Made by a program: the position numbers and the translations under genes. Below are positions 49,601 to 62,281 of a stretch of 64,000 nucleotides of DNA, one piece after another (position 1 is the stretch's first letter; each line of letters opens with the position of its first letter). Source of the DNA: Schizochytrium sp. TIO01. Taxonomy: Eukaryota; Protista; Bigyra: Labyrinthulomycetes. Location: the NCBI GenBank assembly GCA_004764695.1, contig SMSO01000006.1, positions 15,859 through 79,858 of the forward strand, in the 5' to 3' direction. A model generated the notes under the pieces. The model was given only the letters and a program-made list of their open reading frames with translations. It did not search any database and was not told where the DNA came from.

Positions 49601-52600
49601 GCGCAGAGCATGTCATCAATGTAGTTGAACAAGTCGTGGCTGTTGATGAGGTCGCCGAAACATTCTTTCATTTTGAGGCTGAAACTCTGGGAAGAGTTGA
49701 CTGTGCCCATGGGTTGGTGGAGACATTCGTAAATGGCGTTGGGAGTGACGAGGAGGAAAAGTTGGATACTTTCCGGTGCGAGAGATAATTGGTAAAATGC
49801 TGAGACTGCGTCCAGGCTAGCATATACTGATGGTCTGTCGTTCATGATGTTGTGGATAACGTCCATGGGGCGGAGTGGAGCCAGTTGAATGGTTTGGAGA
49901 AAGCGGTTGGTTTGTCGAAAATCCCATACTACTCGGAAGGAGCCATTTGGTTTTGGGACGAGCATAGCCGGTGCGAAGCCGATGAGTTTGTCGGGATGCC
50001 GGATCTTGTTGTCCCAAAGTCTGTCAAGAGATAATCTATATATGGGACCGGGGTATACTAGGTATTGACGAGTGGTCATTAGTCACGCCTTTTTATAGCC
50101 CCTAACAGATTAAGAGTCAAATTGCTGAAACTCTAGGAGATAGAGTTGCCGTATGTTGGTCCCGGGTTCGATCCCCCCATGATGTAAGTGCCTGAAAAAG
50201 AAGGACTTACTGGGGGGTAGGGGTGTCCTATTCCTGCTGGGATGTCGAATCAGTCTCTAACCGAAATATGAACCTTTCGCCCAGAGAATGGGGGGGTGTC
50301 AAGAGATAATCTATATATGGGACCGGGGTATACTAGGTATTGACGAGTGGTCATTAGTCACGCCTTTTTATAGCCCCTAACAAAGTCGAACACGGTTTGC
50401 AGCTACAAGTTGAGCCATGTGTTCTTCGAGGAATTCTAGCTGGGCCGGAGTGTATCTACGGCTAGCAGGTTTTGAGATAGTCGGTACTGTTTCGAGGGGA
50501 TAAGTAGGTTCAGTCCAGGGTGTGACGTCCCAAGGTTTCATGTCGGGGCGGTAACTGGTGGCAAAAATTGAGAAGTATTTGTCCTGAACCATGGTGTGAA
50601 GTCGATTGCGGAGCGCTGGATCTAGGCCGTTGGCAATGGCCTCTTGAATGCGCTGGTCGAGTTCGGCGTGACAATCAGCGGTGTGTTTGTCATGGTTGGT
50701 TTCGATGTCTTCAAAGAAAGTGTCAGGGAGAATTTCTGAGTCACCTTGGTTGAAGTCGAGATTCCTGAGTCCTTGGAGGGCTTGGGCAGGAGTGGGAGTG
50801 TAGTCATCAATAGGATTTTTGGGTGATGATTTTGCTACGGTGGGAGCTGGATCGTCTGATGGTAGATCGCTGGTGGACAGTACAGCTTTTGCGAGATGTC
50901 GGCGAGCTTGTGCTGTCGGGAGTACCTTCATGCTGCTGGTGAGCGTGGCGGTGGAGGTATCATAGTCGGTTCTGTTGTGGAATGACTGGGTGTCTTGGTC
51001 AAAGACGGTGCCGGCAAGCGTTTTTCGGAGTATCGTTGCAGCAGGAGGAATTCCTAATTGAGTAAGGAGGGTTTCACCTAGTAGTAGTTCGTTTCCAATA
51101 TAGGAGTTATCTGGAACGTAGAAGGTAACGTGGAGGAGTGTACCATACTGAGTGAGGTGGAGAAGAAGGTCAATGTGAAGCTTGACTTTCTTGACGATCT
51201 GGCTGGATCCTTGGCCGGTGTGTACCGTGGATGGATCGCTGGGGCAGAGTGGTGTTGTTTCAATAGGACCGATTGATTTCTCAATTTGTGCGAGTAGGCG
51301 CGGTGGTAGAAACGAGTGGGTGGCACCGGAGTCGAAGATGCATGTGTCAATGATGCAGGATTTCTTCTGGGATAGGGGTACCGTGGGCTGCGCGTTGCTG
51401 TAAACGCGTGCTGGTGGGGTTTTGAGTAGCTGTTCTGAGTCCTTCGGTGGAGTGAGGATTTGTGGTGAACGGGCCGAGGTGGCGGTGTGTCGCCTAGCTG
51501 AGGAGCTGGGTTTGGCGCTTGTGGCCTTGGCTTTGGCCAGTCGATTTTTATGTTGTTCGACGGCGGCCTTGTGCAATTTTGCGGTGCCGGGATTGGCTGC
51601 TAAAAATGCTTGCTTGTAGGTTTGGAAGTCTGTGTTTGAGAGTTTCTGACTGCAGTTCCGGTTGAGTCGTTTTGTGCGACTGTTCCAAGTGAGGAAATCG
51701 TGATTGTCGTGACAGGCAGGGCAGGTGTTGCCACTTTGGGGTCCTGTGAGTGTCGGCGATTTCTTTGGAGGTTTGGGGGTTGTGACGGCGTGTTGCGATG
51801 AGGTGTGCCGCATTGTTGAGGGAATGCCAAACGGGTAACGGTATTCTTTGCGCATGAAGTGGCGGAGGATGACTATAATGTCATATGTGGTGAGATAGTG
51901 AGGAGCTGATTCCAGACGGTCATGGTGCCAAGGATGAGTTTCATCGTTGAAGACGTTGTTGATTGTCTTTTGGATTTCGGAGTGTAATTGGCTGAGACAC
52001 TTCTGGGCGAGGGACTTGCTGGTCGTTGGGTTGGATTGGATTGTGTTGAGGATTTCAAGGTAGTGACGGAAGCCGTAATGGATTGCGGTTTTGGTGAGTG
52101 TGGCTTGGAGCTGGAGGAGGGGCTGAGAGACATTCATTGGAATGATGCCGAAGTGTTGGCGGAAGGCGGTGGTGATTTGTTGTTGGACATCAACAAAGTT
52201 ATTGCGTAGTGCATTTCGTTGCCAGTAGGTCTGGAATGCGTGGCAATGTTCTTCGGTAATCTTGATGGGTGCATTTGCCCATGCTTGTTTGCCCATTTGT
52301 GCTGCGTGGGCTTCTAGGAGTCCTTGAAATGCGACTTGCCCTTCGCTTCCCATGGCGTGGTGGGGAGGAAGGATGGGATGTCCCATTGCTTTACAGCTTT
52401 CTTTGTACCGATCGTAAGCGTGCATCCAGCGGTTGAAAGTACCCGGATCACAGGGATTGGGAAGTGGTGTGTGATTTTGGTTGTAGTATGTGAAGGCGGT
52501 GGACTTCGATATGGGGTGCAACTGGTCATGCTCATCTGTTGAGCGAGTGTGCTTTTCCATGAGCATGGAGCTGGAGTCTGAGGGTGCGCGGTCTTGTCCC

Positions 52601-53145
52601 CGGCGTGTAATGTTGGGGTGGTGTGATGCTTGCGGGAGGTGGCTGACGGTGCTAGAATCGGTCTCGTTGTCCGAGCCTTCTTCGTCCGAAGTTTGACCAG
52701 GGTTGAGATGTGTTTGGGGGGTTTGTTTGTTTTGTGTCATGAGTTGACTAAACATTTCTAGCATTCGTTTGTTGCTTTCCTCTGCTTGTTGCAGTTGTAG
52801 CTGCATCGCTTGTGCTGCCCTTTCATTGGCTTGTTGCATTTGTGCTATCATTGCTGTCATGAATTGTGTCATGTCTGCGGGTGTTGGCGCAGGAGGGGTA
52901 GCTTGTGTTGCTGGGGGAATAGGGGCGCTTGTTTCCTGAGTAGACTCGTTGGTTAGCGGTGTGGTAGCAGGTTGTTGTTCTGCTTCCGCTGGTCCTGTGG
53001 TGAGGTTTGGATCGTTTGCTTCTGATCCTTCGCCGTCAGGTGCTGCTTCGAGGAGGGTCGCAGCTGCATTTGCTTGCGCCTCCGTGTCGGAGCTTCCCTG
53101 GAGTTGCTCTTGGCTCTCGTCATTGATACCCGGTGAGATGGCCAT
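46630..53145 (-). CDS. gag-pol polyprotein (single ORF of ~2049 aa once the TRIM + TSD is removed)
   Basis: Zn knuckle-like CPACHDNH, protease FDSGATHSF, RT YIDDML, RNase H VDASD/SDH/ADFLSR, integrase HHCC + IDF/SDMG/VERAN, GPA motif and a degenerate chromodomain-like tail (VRIQYKG...APKIVRRY). Both ORF halves share a frame and the insert + TSD is 366 nt (3x122). Confidence 0.93.
50022..50382 (+). mobile_element. TRIM (miniature LTR retroelement), 361 bp, 86-bp identical LTRs, TSD AAGTC
   Basis: LTRs 50022-50107 and 50297-50382 (tgtcaag...cctaaca); PPT agagaatggggggg abuts the 3' LTR; no coding capacity. Confidence 0.93.
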
Positions 53146-56100
53146 GTTGAGCGATGGATGTTCACTATTCTGCTATTTATTAAAAACTAAGAGAAAGTTT
53201 ATAAACTGTCTCGTTCCCTGATTGATCGAGACGCAATCGGGGGAACGAAGTTAAGGCTAGCCGCGGAAAAGTGGAGGGGAAGAGGATGCGTGCGGAGAGC
53301 GCAGTCGCAACTCTTTGAGAAAACTTAAACTGGTGAGTGAGTTAAGCTAAAGCGGAGACTAAGGGAGCCTTGCTGGGTGTGAGCGTGGTGAGACTCTGGT
53401 GGCTGTATTCAGCCGGAGGTTTTGGGTATGCTTGGGTAGGTGTGTAAGTTATCTTGCTGCACGGTAGCGTGCACGATAACTTGTTGTGCGATAGCGTGCA
53501 CGGTAAGAGGAAATCTTTTATCGGTAAAAGATTTTCGATAAAAGGAAAATTTCTTTTTTAACTTTCCTTTTAAGTGAAAAGTAAAAGAAATTGTGGGTTG
53601 AAAGTTTTCTCTGGTTTTTCTTGATATGGAATATGAGGCGAATGTATTCATTAGACAACTTGTATGGAAGTAGCCTAGAGGGCCAGGACATTTCCCAAAG
53701 AGCTGCGACTGCGCCCCGCGCATGCGACCTCTTCGTTCACCACCTGGGCTTACCCTTGTCCTCACGGGTGCTTCTTTGTCTGCGCTGGGTTCCTCAATCA
53801 ACCAAGATTCACGACATAACTTCTAGGTTGACATTTTATTCTCTAATATAATAAGTAAATAGCCGTAATTGCCATAATTGAACTATATGTTCATGGGGAG
53901 ATATTCGATCTTTTAATCTAAAAGTAAAAAAGGGATGTGAACAGGGAGGGAGTTAATTGAGGTAGTTTCAAATTGGTGCAGTGCCGACAGCCACCAACTT
54001 ATTTCCACTAGCAAGGTATGGAGGTGATATGGCATTTTACGTTAAGTATGAAGTTCCCTATCGTTTCGAAAGTCGGGATAGATGAAGAAGCTATACAAAG
54101 AAATGGAACAAAAACATTTTATACGCTTATGATCAACATTAAGTTTATAGAAATACAATCCATTGGTCATATATAGATAGCAAGCACTATTGAATTATTA
54201 TTTGCTGAGATTTCTAATTGAACAAATATTTGGAGAAAACACTTTCAGAGTTTTTGGCGTCCAAATGTTAGCCATTAACAATCTAGAGCTTAGCGTAATA
54301 TCAGAACTAGACAACTTCATATGTGTTTGTGAACTCATATAGCTGAAAAACGAAAGAAGACTTAGGAATTGAATATAATTAAAAATTGTGGAATCCATAT
54401 TGAAGTGATAATGGTTGAAGTGACAAGTCGAACTAGGCATTTTTCATTTGTACCGAGAAAGATCCGGTCTATCTTAGCCTACATGAATCAACCTAATGTA
54501 CCTCGATTATGCTGCAGATTGCTAATTCTTAAAGCCAAAGTTTATCAATGCCTCGTTAGCCTCTTCAAGCAACTTCATAGACAGATACCTTCTAGTTTAC
54601 CAGATTCATCTTGAACTAATCATAGGGAAATATAGTAAGTTAAGTTACTTACATACCCAATCTCCGCTAAAACATGTAACGCAATCATCTAAGCGAGATC
54701 GCTAACCAATTTGTCAAGGTGTAGAAAAAGGCGAAACTAATGGCCGCTGGTCAATCATTGATACACCTAGTACACTTTTATGTCGTATATAGATGAATCC
54801 TGACACTGTTCGTTTGCTAGCCAAAGTAGTACCTCAACTCAAAGCAGAACATCGACGGTATTCTGTAGAATTAAGTAGAAAACGAAGATTTATAAGCATA
54901 TCGAAGATTGAAAAAAGACGAAAAATAGGAAATATGATGTCTGAATAGTTATTCACGCTATACTTGTTAATATTGGCTATAACTTGCGGTGTTTATCAAT
55001 CTATCATCATTAATTGCTATGCTAAAAAATTATGGTAAATCTCATAGGGGAAGAGCTATTAATAGGGTCTTCAAATTGACCAGTTTCATGGTATGGGGGT
55101 CACCCAGCAACGATACGGAGGACATAAAAATCAAACTCTTATGCAATTTAAGGCTTGATCTATTTCCTACAGTTATTAAATGATTACTTTATCTTTTTCT
55201 AATGATTCTCGTTCCTAAGCTACCCTCAGTTCACCTTCAGCAAATTAGAAAATACATTATAGTTATAGTTTATAGAGTCCTTCCTACACAAGTTGATAAC
55301 AATAGAATACTTTTTATACATCATATTTAGATAATATAAAACAAAATTAAAAATGGGTAAATTAAATATATTGCACAAAATTAATTTAAATTATTAAAAT
55401 TTCAAGAAATATAAAATATTTAAATTATTAAAATTTATGTGAAATATTAATTTAATAATAATTTTGATTTTATTTGAGATTAATTTCACTAAAATATTAT
55501 GTTCTATTATGAAATTTTTGCATATTAAATTTGTTAAATCAGGTTATGTACATTATATACCGGTTTTATTAATATTGCTATATATCAAATAGCATGCATT
55601 AAATGAAGCATACCAACATAAATAGGCTACTTATTGTTTTGTTAATTGATTTACAGAGACTGGATGCTACTTGGAACCTTTGGAAAGTAAGTAATAAGAA
55701 GAGCACCTCAAGAAATTGAGACTTACGGCACAGTTCTTTGTCTTCGAGAAAATGTAATATACGTAATTACTTGTGGTTTCGTCTGGACCATCATACTGCT
55801 AATGTGGAGTGAGTCAGTAGCTCTTAGAGATATGTGTACCAGAAATGTACAAAATAAATAATTCCACGTGATATCGTTAAGGCAGTGAACGAAATCCATG
55901 GTCAAGGGACCGTCGCTAGCTCAGGTGAATTAGTTAGTTGAAATCGATGTGAAAATTTAGTATTGCTTAAGATTGCTAAAAACAAAAAGAAAAAAAGGAG
56001 GACATTTAAAAGCTATATATATTTAGAGAGAGAGAGATTCTGGGCTAGATTGTTTGAATGGCTAAGTAAAGCATTGCAAGTTAGCATGAGGCGCCAGTGA

Positions 56101-57559
56101 GAGGTGCAGGTTAATAAGAATTCGAATAAATCAACATTAAGGAATCAATTGCTAACAAAGGTAGGCTTTGGGTTTTGCATGTTCTACTTAAGGTATTTCC
56201 GTAGATGCATGCATACCTTCGCACATACCTAGCTGTGATACTTCAATAGAACTAACGATATCCTCCTATCGTACAGCTTGTTGTATCGATAAGAAAACTC
56301 ACACTTTTAAACAAGACAAACCTGTACGAATTAATGCACACAAAGCATCATCAATACTATTTTTGAAGTCAAAACTCAGATTTTTTAATGTGCACATAAA
56401 TTTCTTAATTACCCATGCGAGCTTAGTCTTTTCAGTGAGCTGCTACTACGCTTGGCGTATGCATCGTCTCTTATTCATTTCATTAACTTGCCCCTCAATT
56501 CCTTTTCCTCATAATAGGTCCCTTAGGCAATCAGAGTATACGACAAAGAATAGATTGTACCTTGACATATGGATGGATATAAGGTGCACCATTTTATAAA
56601 TATAGATGGGTAGTTTGTGCAGGGAAGCGTGCTGAGGTAGTCTGACAAGGATGATGAACTAAGGAGAAAGAGAAAGAGGATTATATTTATGTTATTAAGG
56701 TTTTGGTTCTGGATACAGGCAGGATGAATGTATCATGTCGAACAGGAGAGCTAGGATAGGTAGGCTAAGTTAGGTTTGGTTAGGTCAGATAAGACGCTTA
56801 ACTGTATATTACTTCAATAATAATCTAAACACCGGTCATTTTAATAGTCTCATGATAAATCTGTAATGCATAGCTTTAAGATATGGATGGCTTGGTTGTT
56901 AAAAGTTTATTCTCTCGAGCAGGAACTATGATATATTTTACAAAATTATGTTGTATCAGTTTCTCCTGATATTAATTTATTAGCAGCAAACTTCTATCAG
57001 CACCAAAGCTATTAACAAATTCAAGGAAGACAGGCATTAAATCATCCATGAACAAAAGAGTCATTATAATGGGTTATTGAACCGACCTAGCGTTATCACA
57101 AATACTCAGACTTTCTGTATATACCAAAAAAAAAAATACCTGGCTGTTCTAACCACAGACGGAGTACTTCAGAAGTAGTCTTCAGAGGTAAAATAGAAAA
57201 TTGATTACTAAATCGCTTTGCCACGCTGTTAAGATAGGAGAAAGATATGAATATAGTAGACTCTGCTCTGTAATTTTATTTCTCATGTATTCATCATTTT
57301 TGAATCAACCTTGCATTTCAGAGCTCATAAATGCCTACCTAGGCTAGTTCTTCGCAGTTACCTTGCAAGATCATTGCGATGATTAAAGATACAATAGATT
57401 TAAACACTTGGCCGCATATCAAGTTAATTACAAGATTTTGTTATACATATTCAAATGCATACAGATAGTAGAGTTTATAGATAGTAAAAATAGTAAAGAA
57501 AGATGCGTTTTTCTTTTTCTTTTTTTACAGTTTTATATTTTTGATTCTCTCAGATTTAG

Positions 57560-58001
57560 AGACTCTGGGTTCCGGTATCTAGGCTATTTATATACAAGTC
57601 GTCCAATGAATGTATTTGCCTTACACTTCATATCAAGAAAAAAGCAGAGAAAACCTTCGTTTTCATTTAAAAAATAAAAATAAGCGAGAGATATTTTGAT
57701 TGAAAATCTTTTTAGGTACACGATTTCTGCTTATAGTGCACGCTATCGTGTACCAAGGAGACCAAACACCTATAGAAGAGGAAGTCTTACAAGCAAGCAT
57801 ACCCAAATCACCCGAGTCTCCAAGAGCAGCCAAGTCAGGACTCATTATTTAACCTAACTTGCTCACACAACTTAATCTTTTCAACGAGTTGCGACCACAC
57901 TACGTGTACATAACTTCTCTGTTCACCTTCTGGGATAGCCTCTCCCTTACGGATTCTTCTTTCCCTGCGTTTGATCCTTTCATCAACCGGGATTCACGAC
58001 A
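57560..58001 (+). mobile_element. Degenerate family-A solo LTR
   Basis: Shares gtgcacgctatcgtg, aagcatacccaaa and terminal gattcacgaca with the other copies; left end approximate. Confidence 0.7.
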
Positions 58002-58077
58002 TCGGAAAAAACTTGCATATAGACCACCTAATTATTCGCAGTGCCCTAAAAGAATCATCACACCTACATCTGACCGT

Positions 58078-58505
58078 TGTCATGAGCCTTGGTTGATTGA
58101 AGAGTCAGGCGCAGGGATGCAAGACTCTGTGGAGGAAGGTTTGCCCAGAAGGTGTGAGCAGAGGCATTGCGTACGAGGGGCGTAGTCGAAGCTCTTGCAG
58201 AGAACTAAATTCGTGTGAGTTAGTTAAGTTAGCTTGGTGTAGGCCAGGAAGTTGTGGGTTCACTGATCGAGACGACTTGGATAATTTTGGGGATTCTTTT
58301 CCTGTGGCGCTTCTTCTTTTAATTTATTATTGGTACGATAGTGTGCACGGTAACAAGAAATATTAATTGCCAAAAAAGAGTTTTGCTAAAAAGCTTTTTC
58401 TTTTTCTTTTAATTTTAATGGGAAAGTAGAAGTTTTTTATAAATAATATGAAATGTAAGGCGAGCACATTCATACTTGTAAGGGATAGCCCAGATGACCA
58501 AGACA
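58078..58505 (-). mobile_element. Degenerate family-A solo LTR, inverted relative to its neighbour
   Basis: tgtcatgagccttggttgattga...accaagaca with the cgtgtgagttagttaag core. Confidence 0.7.
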
Positions 58506-60624
58506 TAATCATCATCTAATAACAAAACATACAGTAAGTTTATTATTTACGTGCATATTAAGTCTACTCCTTAAAATTCTTTAACACTTCACTTCAACTA
58601 ATGTGAATCGTATAACCTCTAGATAGTAAAAATAGCATGGGAAGATTATTCTGCTGTGTAAGCGCAAGAAGTAGGTGATTATTTCTGGGTTTGGTGATAC
58701 AAGGTCTGTCCAGAAAGTTTAAATGGGGGAGAACTGAAGCTCAAAACAGGAAAAACTAAAACTAAAACATCATTTTCACAATTGTTAAAGTGGAGAGGAT
58801 AGAGCAGGGAGAAGAATTAGAAAACGTCACATCTGCACCTAAAATCGTCTGATGCGAAAAATACTGTTCTACATAATTCATAAAATTGTGATGTCTATTT
58901 TTTCAACGCATTGTAGAGTCAAGTCATTTGTTATAGAGCTCACATTCATTTTATTTTTTCCACACATGGACAGAAACTAGCATTTTCTGACTCCTTTTTG
59001 AGGCAGCAAAATGATGTACTTTCACCCAAAATAAATACCACTTCACTGGATCAATCAATGTCCGGCAAATGCATTGGACTTGGGCTACACTCAGACAAAC
59101 CCAAAATGGCAATAACCTATTGATCAAAGTCCTCTACGTGTCACTTACTCTGCACCTGTTAGTTTAGCTGACTGTGCCGTTCATCTTTTGACTAAAGAAT
59201 ATATTAGCGAATTGCTGCACTCCTCTTGCAAGCTAATACTGCTCAAAATGACCACTAATCGTCACAACTGTCTATCTATTGCTCCTTCCTTATGAAACGT
59301 AGTTATGATTACTTAGAGGTAATTGGGAAATGTCTAAGATGATAGTAGTTAGTTGGTACTGATGCTAAGGTTGTTTGTTGAATGTGCTTGAGTAGATTCA
59401 AATACTTCTGGTCGCTTGGGGTATTTTGGGTCTCCTGTCTGGTTTGCTTTCGCAAACTCCTCTCGATATTTGTTTTGTTCCCTTCGTTCCTGGGATGCGT
59501 CTCATGCGGTGGCACACACATCAGCCATCATGCCATGGTCTCAAATAGGTGTTCCTTTAAGCCTGCAAAGTCATGCCGTAATGACATATTTGTATCTCTT
59601 CTCAGTACTTCCTGCATGATGGAGTTCAGTGCACGCCAATAGAGTAAATTGTTTGTCACAACCTTGACGACAGAGAATCGGCTATACTTGTCGATCTCAA
59701 GTACTGTTGGTCCCAAGCCAAATCTTTTCAAGCTCGTTCCTAGACCTTATGATGACGTCATGGTCTATCTTAGGAAAAGTAGTATCAGATTTTTTAGTAC
59801 CGCGAAGGTCAGGAGACTTGTCGAGTACCACATGTCTACCCTGTAACTCCACAATTGAAAAAAATAAAAAACTCAATTGTTCACGGGCACAGTCTGCAGT
59901 CTTTTGAGGAACAAAGCAAGCTCAACATTCTTGCGTGACTAATCTTCCAATTTCTACTTTACAAGAGATCATGTTATAATGTTGGACAAGTGCCTATTTA
60001 TGCCACAGGGCTTTATTGACCCTTTCAAATACCACACATCAGAGAGAACCACTCTAACCAACTTCTTTTTTGGGGGGAAGGGGGGAAGGGGGGAGCATAA
60101 TTCCCTTAATACCTTATATGGTACCTAGGTACCTATGGAATCAGTCATCTCTGAGTTATTTTCCAAATCATATCAACCTTTTCATATGAGCTTATAGTCA
60201 AATTAACCCCCCCTCTAAAATGAACCTTTCTTCAAGTCTTTAGCATTACTTAACTTGTCAAATTTTCAATTCAAGGCGTACTTCAGACCAGTGAGCCCTG
60301 CGGACCCGAAGAAGAATAAAAAGGCATAATGTTAAATAAAGAGAAATAGAAAACCAAAAAATAGATAAAAGTTGTTGACATGTATTATCTGTAAAGATGA
60401 TCATAGGTACTCGAAGAACAAAATAAAACATGTCTGAAACAGGAAGACAGGAAGCTGCGTCAAAGGGATTACTAATTGCATGAATTTAAGCAAACCACAC
60501 TCTGGATCACCGAAATATTTTTTAAAAGGTAGTGTCAGTTACCCAATTTGAACATCTTTCACTTATGTAATTTGGAGATATGCTTTCAGGATGATCATGA
60601 AACTACGTTTAATGATTTGCCATG

Positions 60625-60908
60625 TGTCGCGTTCCCTAGTAAATTGAAAGGAAATTGGAGAGAAAAGAGAAGGGATCCGAGAAAGGATAGGCTAGCCTTC
60701 AGAACGGTGAACGAAGAGGTTGCGTGTGTGGAGCGCAGTCGAAGGTCTTTAAGAAAACTAAGCTCGTGTGAGTAAGTTAGGTTAGCTATGTGTGGGCTAA
60801 GAAGTCTTGGCTGATGTGGCCGGAAAGACTTGAATGACTCGGTATTTGGGGTGTTTTGGGTATGCTTGCTTGTGGAGCTTCTTCTTCTTGGAGAGGTGTG
60901 CCAGGACA
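60625..60908 (-). mobile_element. Internally deleted family-A solo LTR, TSD CATG
   Basis: tgtcgcgttccc...ccaggaca, close to 45010-45500 but lacking ~200 bp; catg on both sides. Confidence 0.85.
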
Positions 60909-62281
60909 CATGATATGTATGATATATCATTTTAATTTAAATTTTTAGCTTCCTAAGCTCATAACTCTTTATGTGACCATGTACCAACTAGAGTCTTAAG
61001 AGCTGAAAAAGGTCACAAAATCATTTCCAAACTTGGTATAATGAGTCTCTGTATGGCTATGTTAATAGGGATTATTCTGTCGTGTCCCTTGAGGGATGCC
61101 TGAAATGAAGGACGCAGAATCGTTAACTCAGCTTTCTATTAAGACAAACTACTAAACAAGAAAAGTGTCATTTCATTCAGCGTCTTCTTGGTATTATACC
61201 GATCCCTAGCTGATGTCGAGTTAGCTTTCTTCAATTACGATGGTGACCGATTGTAACAAAAGAGACGTATCTCCTCAAGTCCTCTAAAGTGTACGGTCAC
61301 TGAAGCCACAAAATTCATAAAGAGAAGTACAGCTCACTTCTATTGCAGGTCAGTGGGCTATAATCACAGTTTCTTTTGAGAGAGCTTGCAGTTGAGCTTT
61401 TGCTGGTCCTAAATTAGCACCTTAACATCACTCCAAAACAAAAAATAGATTTTTGGAAATTAAATAATTAAAATGAGCAGTAAGGTCACGCAGTCGTCAC
61501 TTTGGGCAATTGTAAATTACAATAGTGGTACTGGTGAATTGTTGCTTAAGCATAATAAAACAACAAGGGTTCTGTTTGCATTCTATTACTCTTGCATAGA
61601 TATCCATATTTGATATTAATTTAACCAAAATATGAAATTTCGCCATTGGGTCAATGATGCGTTTCGTGGCGCGCCGAACCTGGCACTCTCTCATGCTATT
61701 TCGGCATTATAAAAAAAATTGGTAAACTCCTTCGTTAATAGTTTCAATACGCAATGATAAGATAACACATGCTCTGCATATTACTCACTGGAGAGAAAGT
61801 TTATTAAGTAGAATTGTACTTTCAAAAAAAGGAAACCAAAAAATATGATCATACCACTAGTAGTTAGGTGACTTCCTATTTGCTTATTGCGCGAATTCTT
61901 CCCGTTTGTCAATGAGTGAGTTTTCTGTCTTGAGTTTTTACCCAAGTTAAAAGGTTTGTACATAAACTTATTACTACCTCTGACTAAAGAGGCCAATTCA
62001 TGACAGTAGGTACTTATAAGTAGAATGATAAGAGTAAGTTCTGACTAGTGGTTGTTACTAGGGTGAGTTTTGATAAGGTAATAATGCTACTAATACATAC
62101 TGGTAATTATAAATACGCGCCCATCAACAGAGGCCAAGAACGAACAGAGCTTTCGACCGAACTGACCAAGCAAAGCATCAAGGTGACAGAGATAGCATCA
62201 CGCCCGCTCCTCGTTTTCCTGTTCCTGCCTGCAGTATCTTTCTTTGGGTTTCGATAGCAGATACAGTATAGGCAAAGAACA

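Larger units (their letters stand above)
46129..53690 (-). mobile_element. Full-length Ty3/gypsy (chromovirus-like) LTR retrotransposon; 484-bp LTRs 46129-46612 and 53207-53690; TSD TTTC
   Basis: TG..CA LTRs with no differences seen by eye, 4-bp TSD, and PR-RT-RH-IN domain order. Confidence 0.97.
45752..53816 (+). mobile_element. Older family-A solo LTR in opposite orientation, split by the gypsy insertion (pieces ~45752-46128 and 53695-53816)
   Basis: ...cacgagctttactttc | ccaaagagctgcgactgcg... rejoins as the reverse complement of the 45010 LTR; left end approximate. Confidence 0.8.

Noticed and set aside
50080-50376. gag/pol boundary with programmed frameshift or readthrough
   Set aside because: The break is fully explained by the TRIM insertion, and both ORFs are in the same frame.
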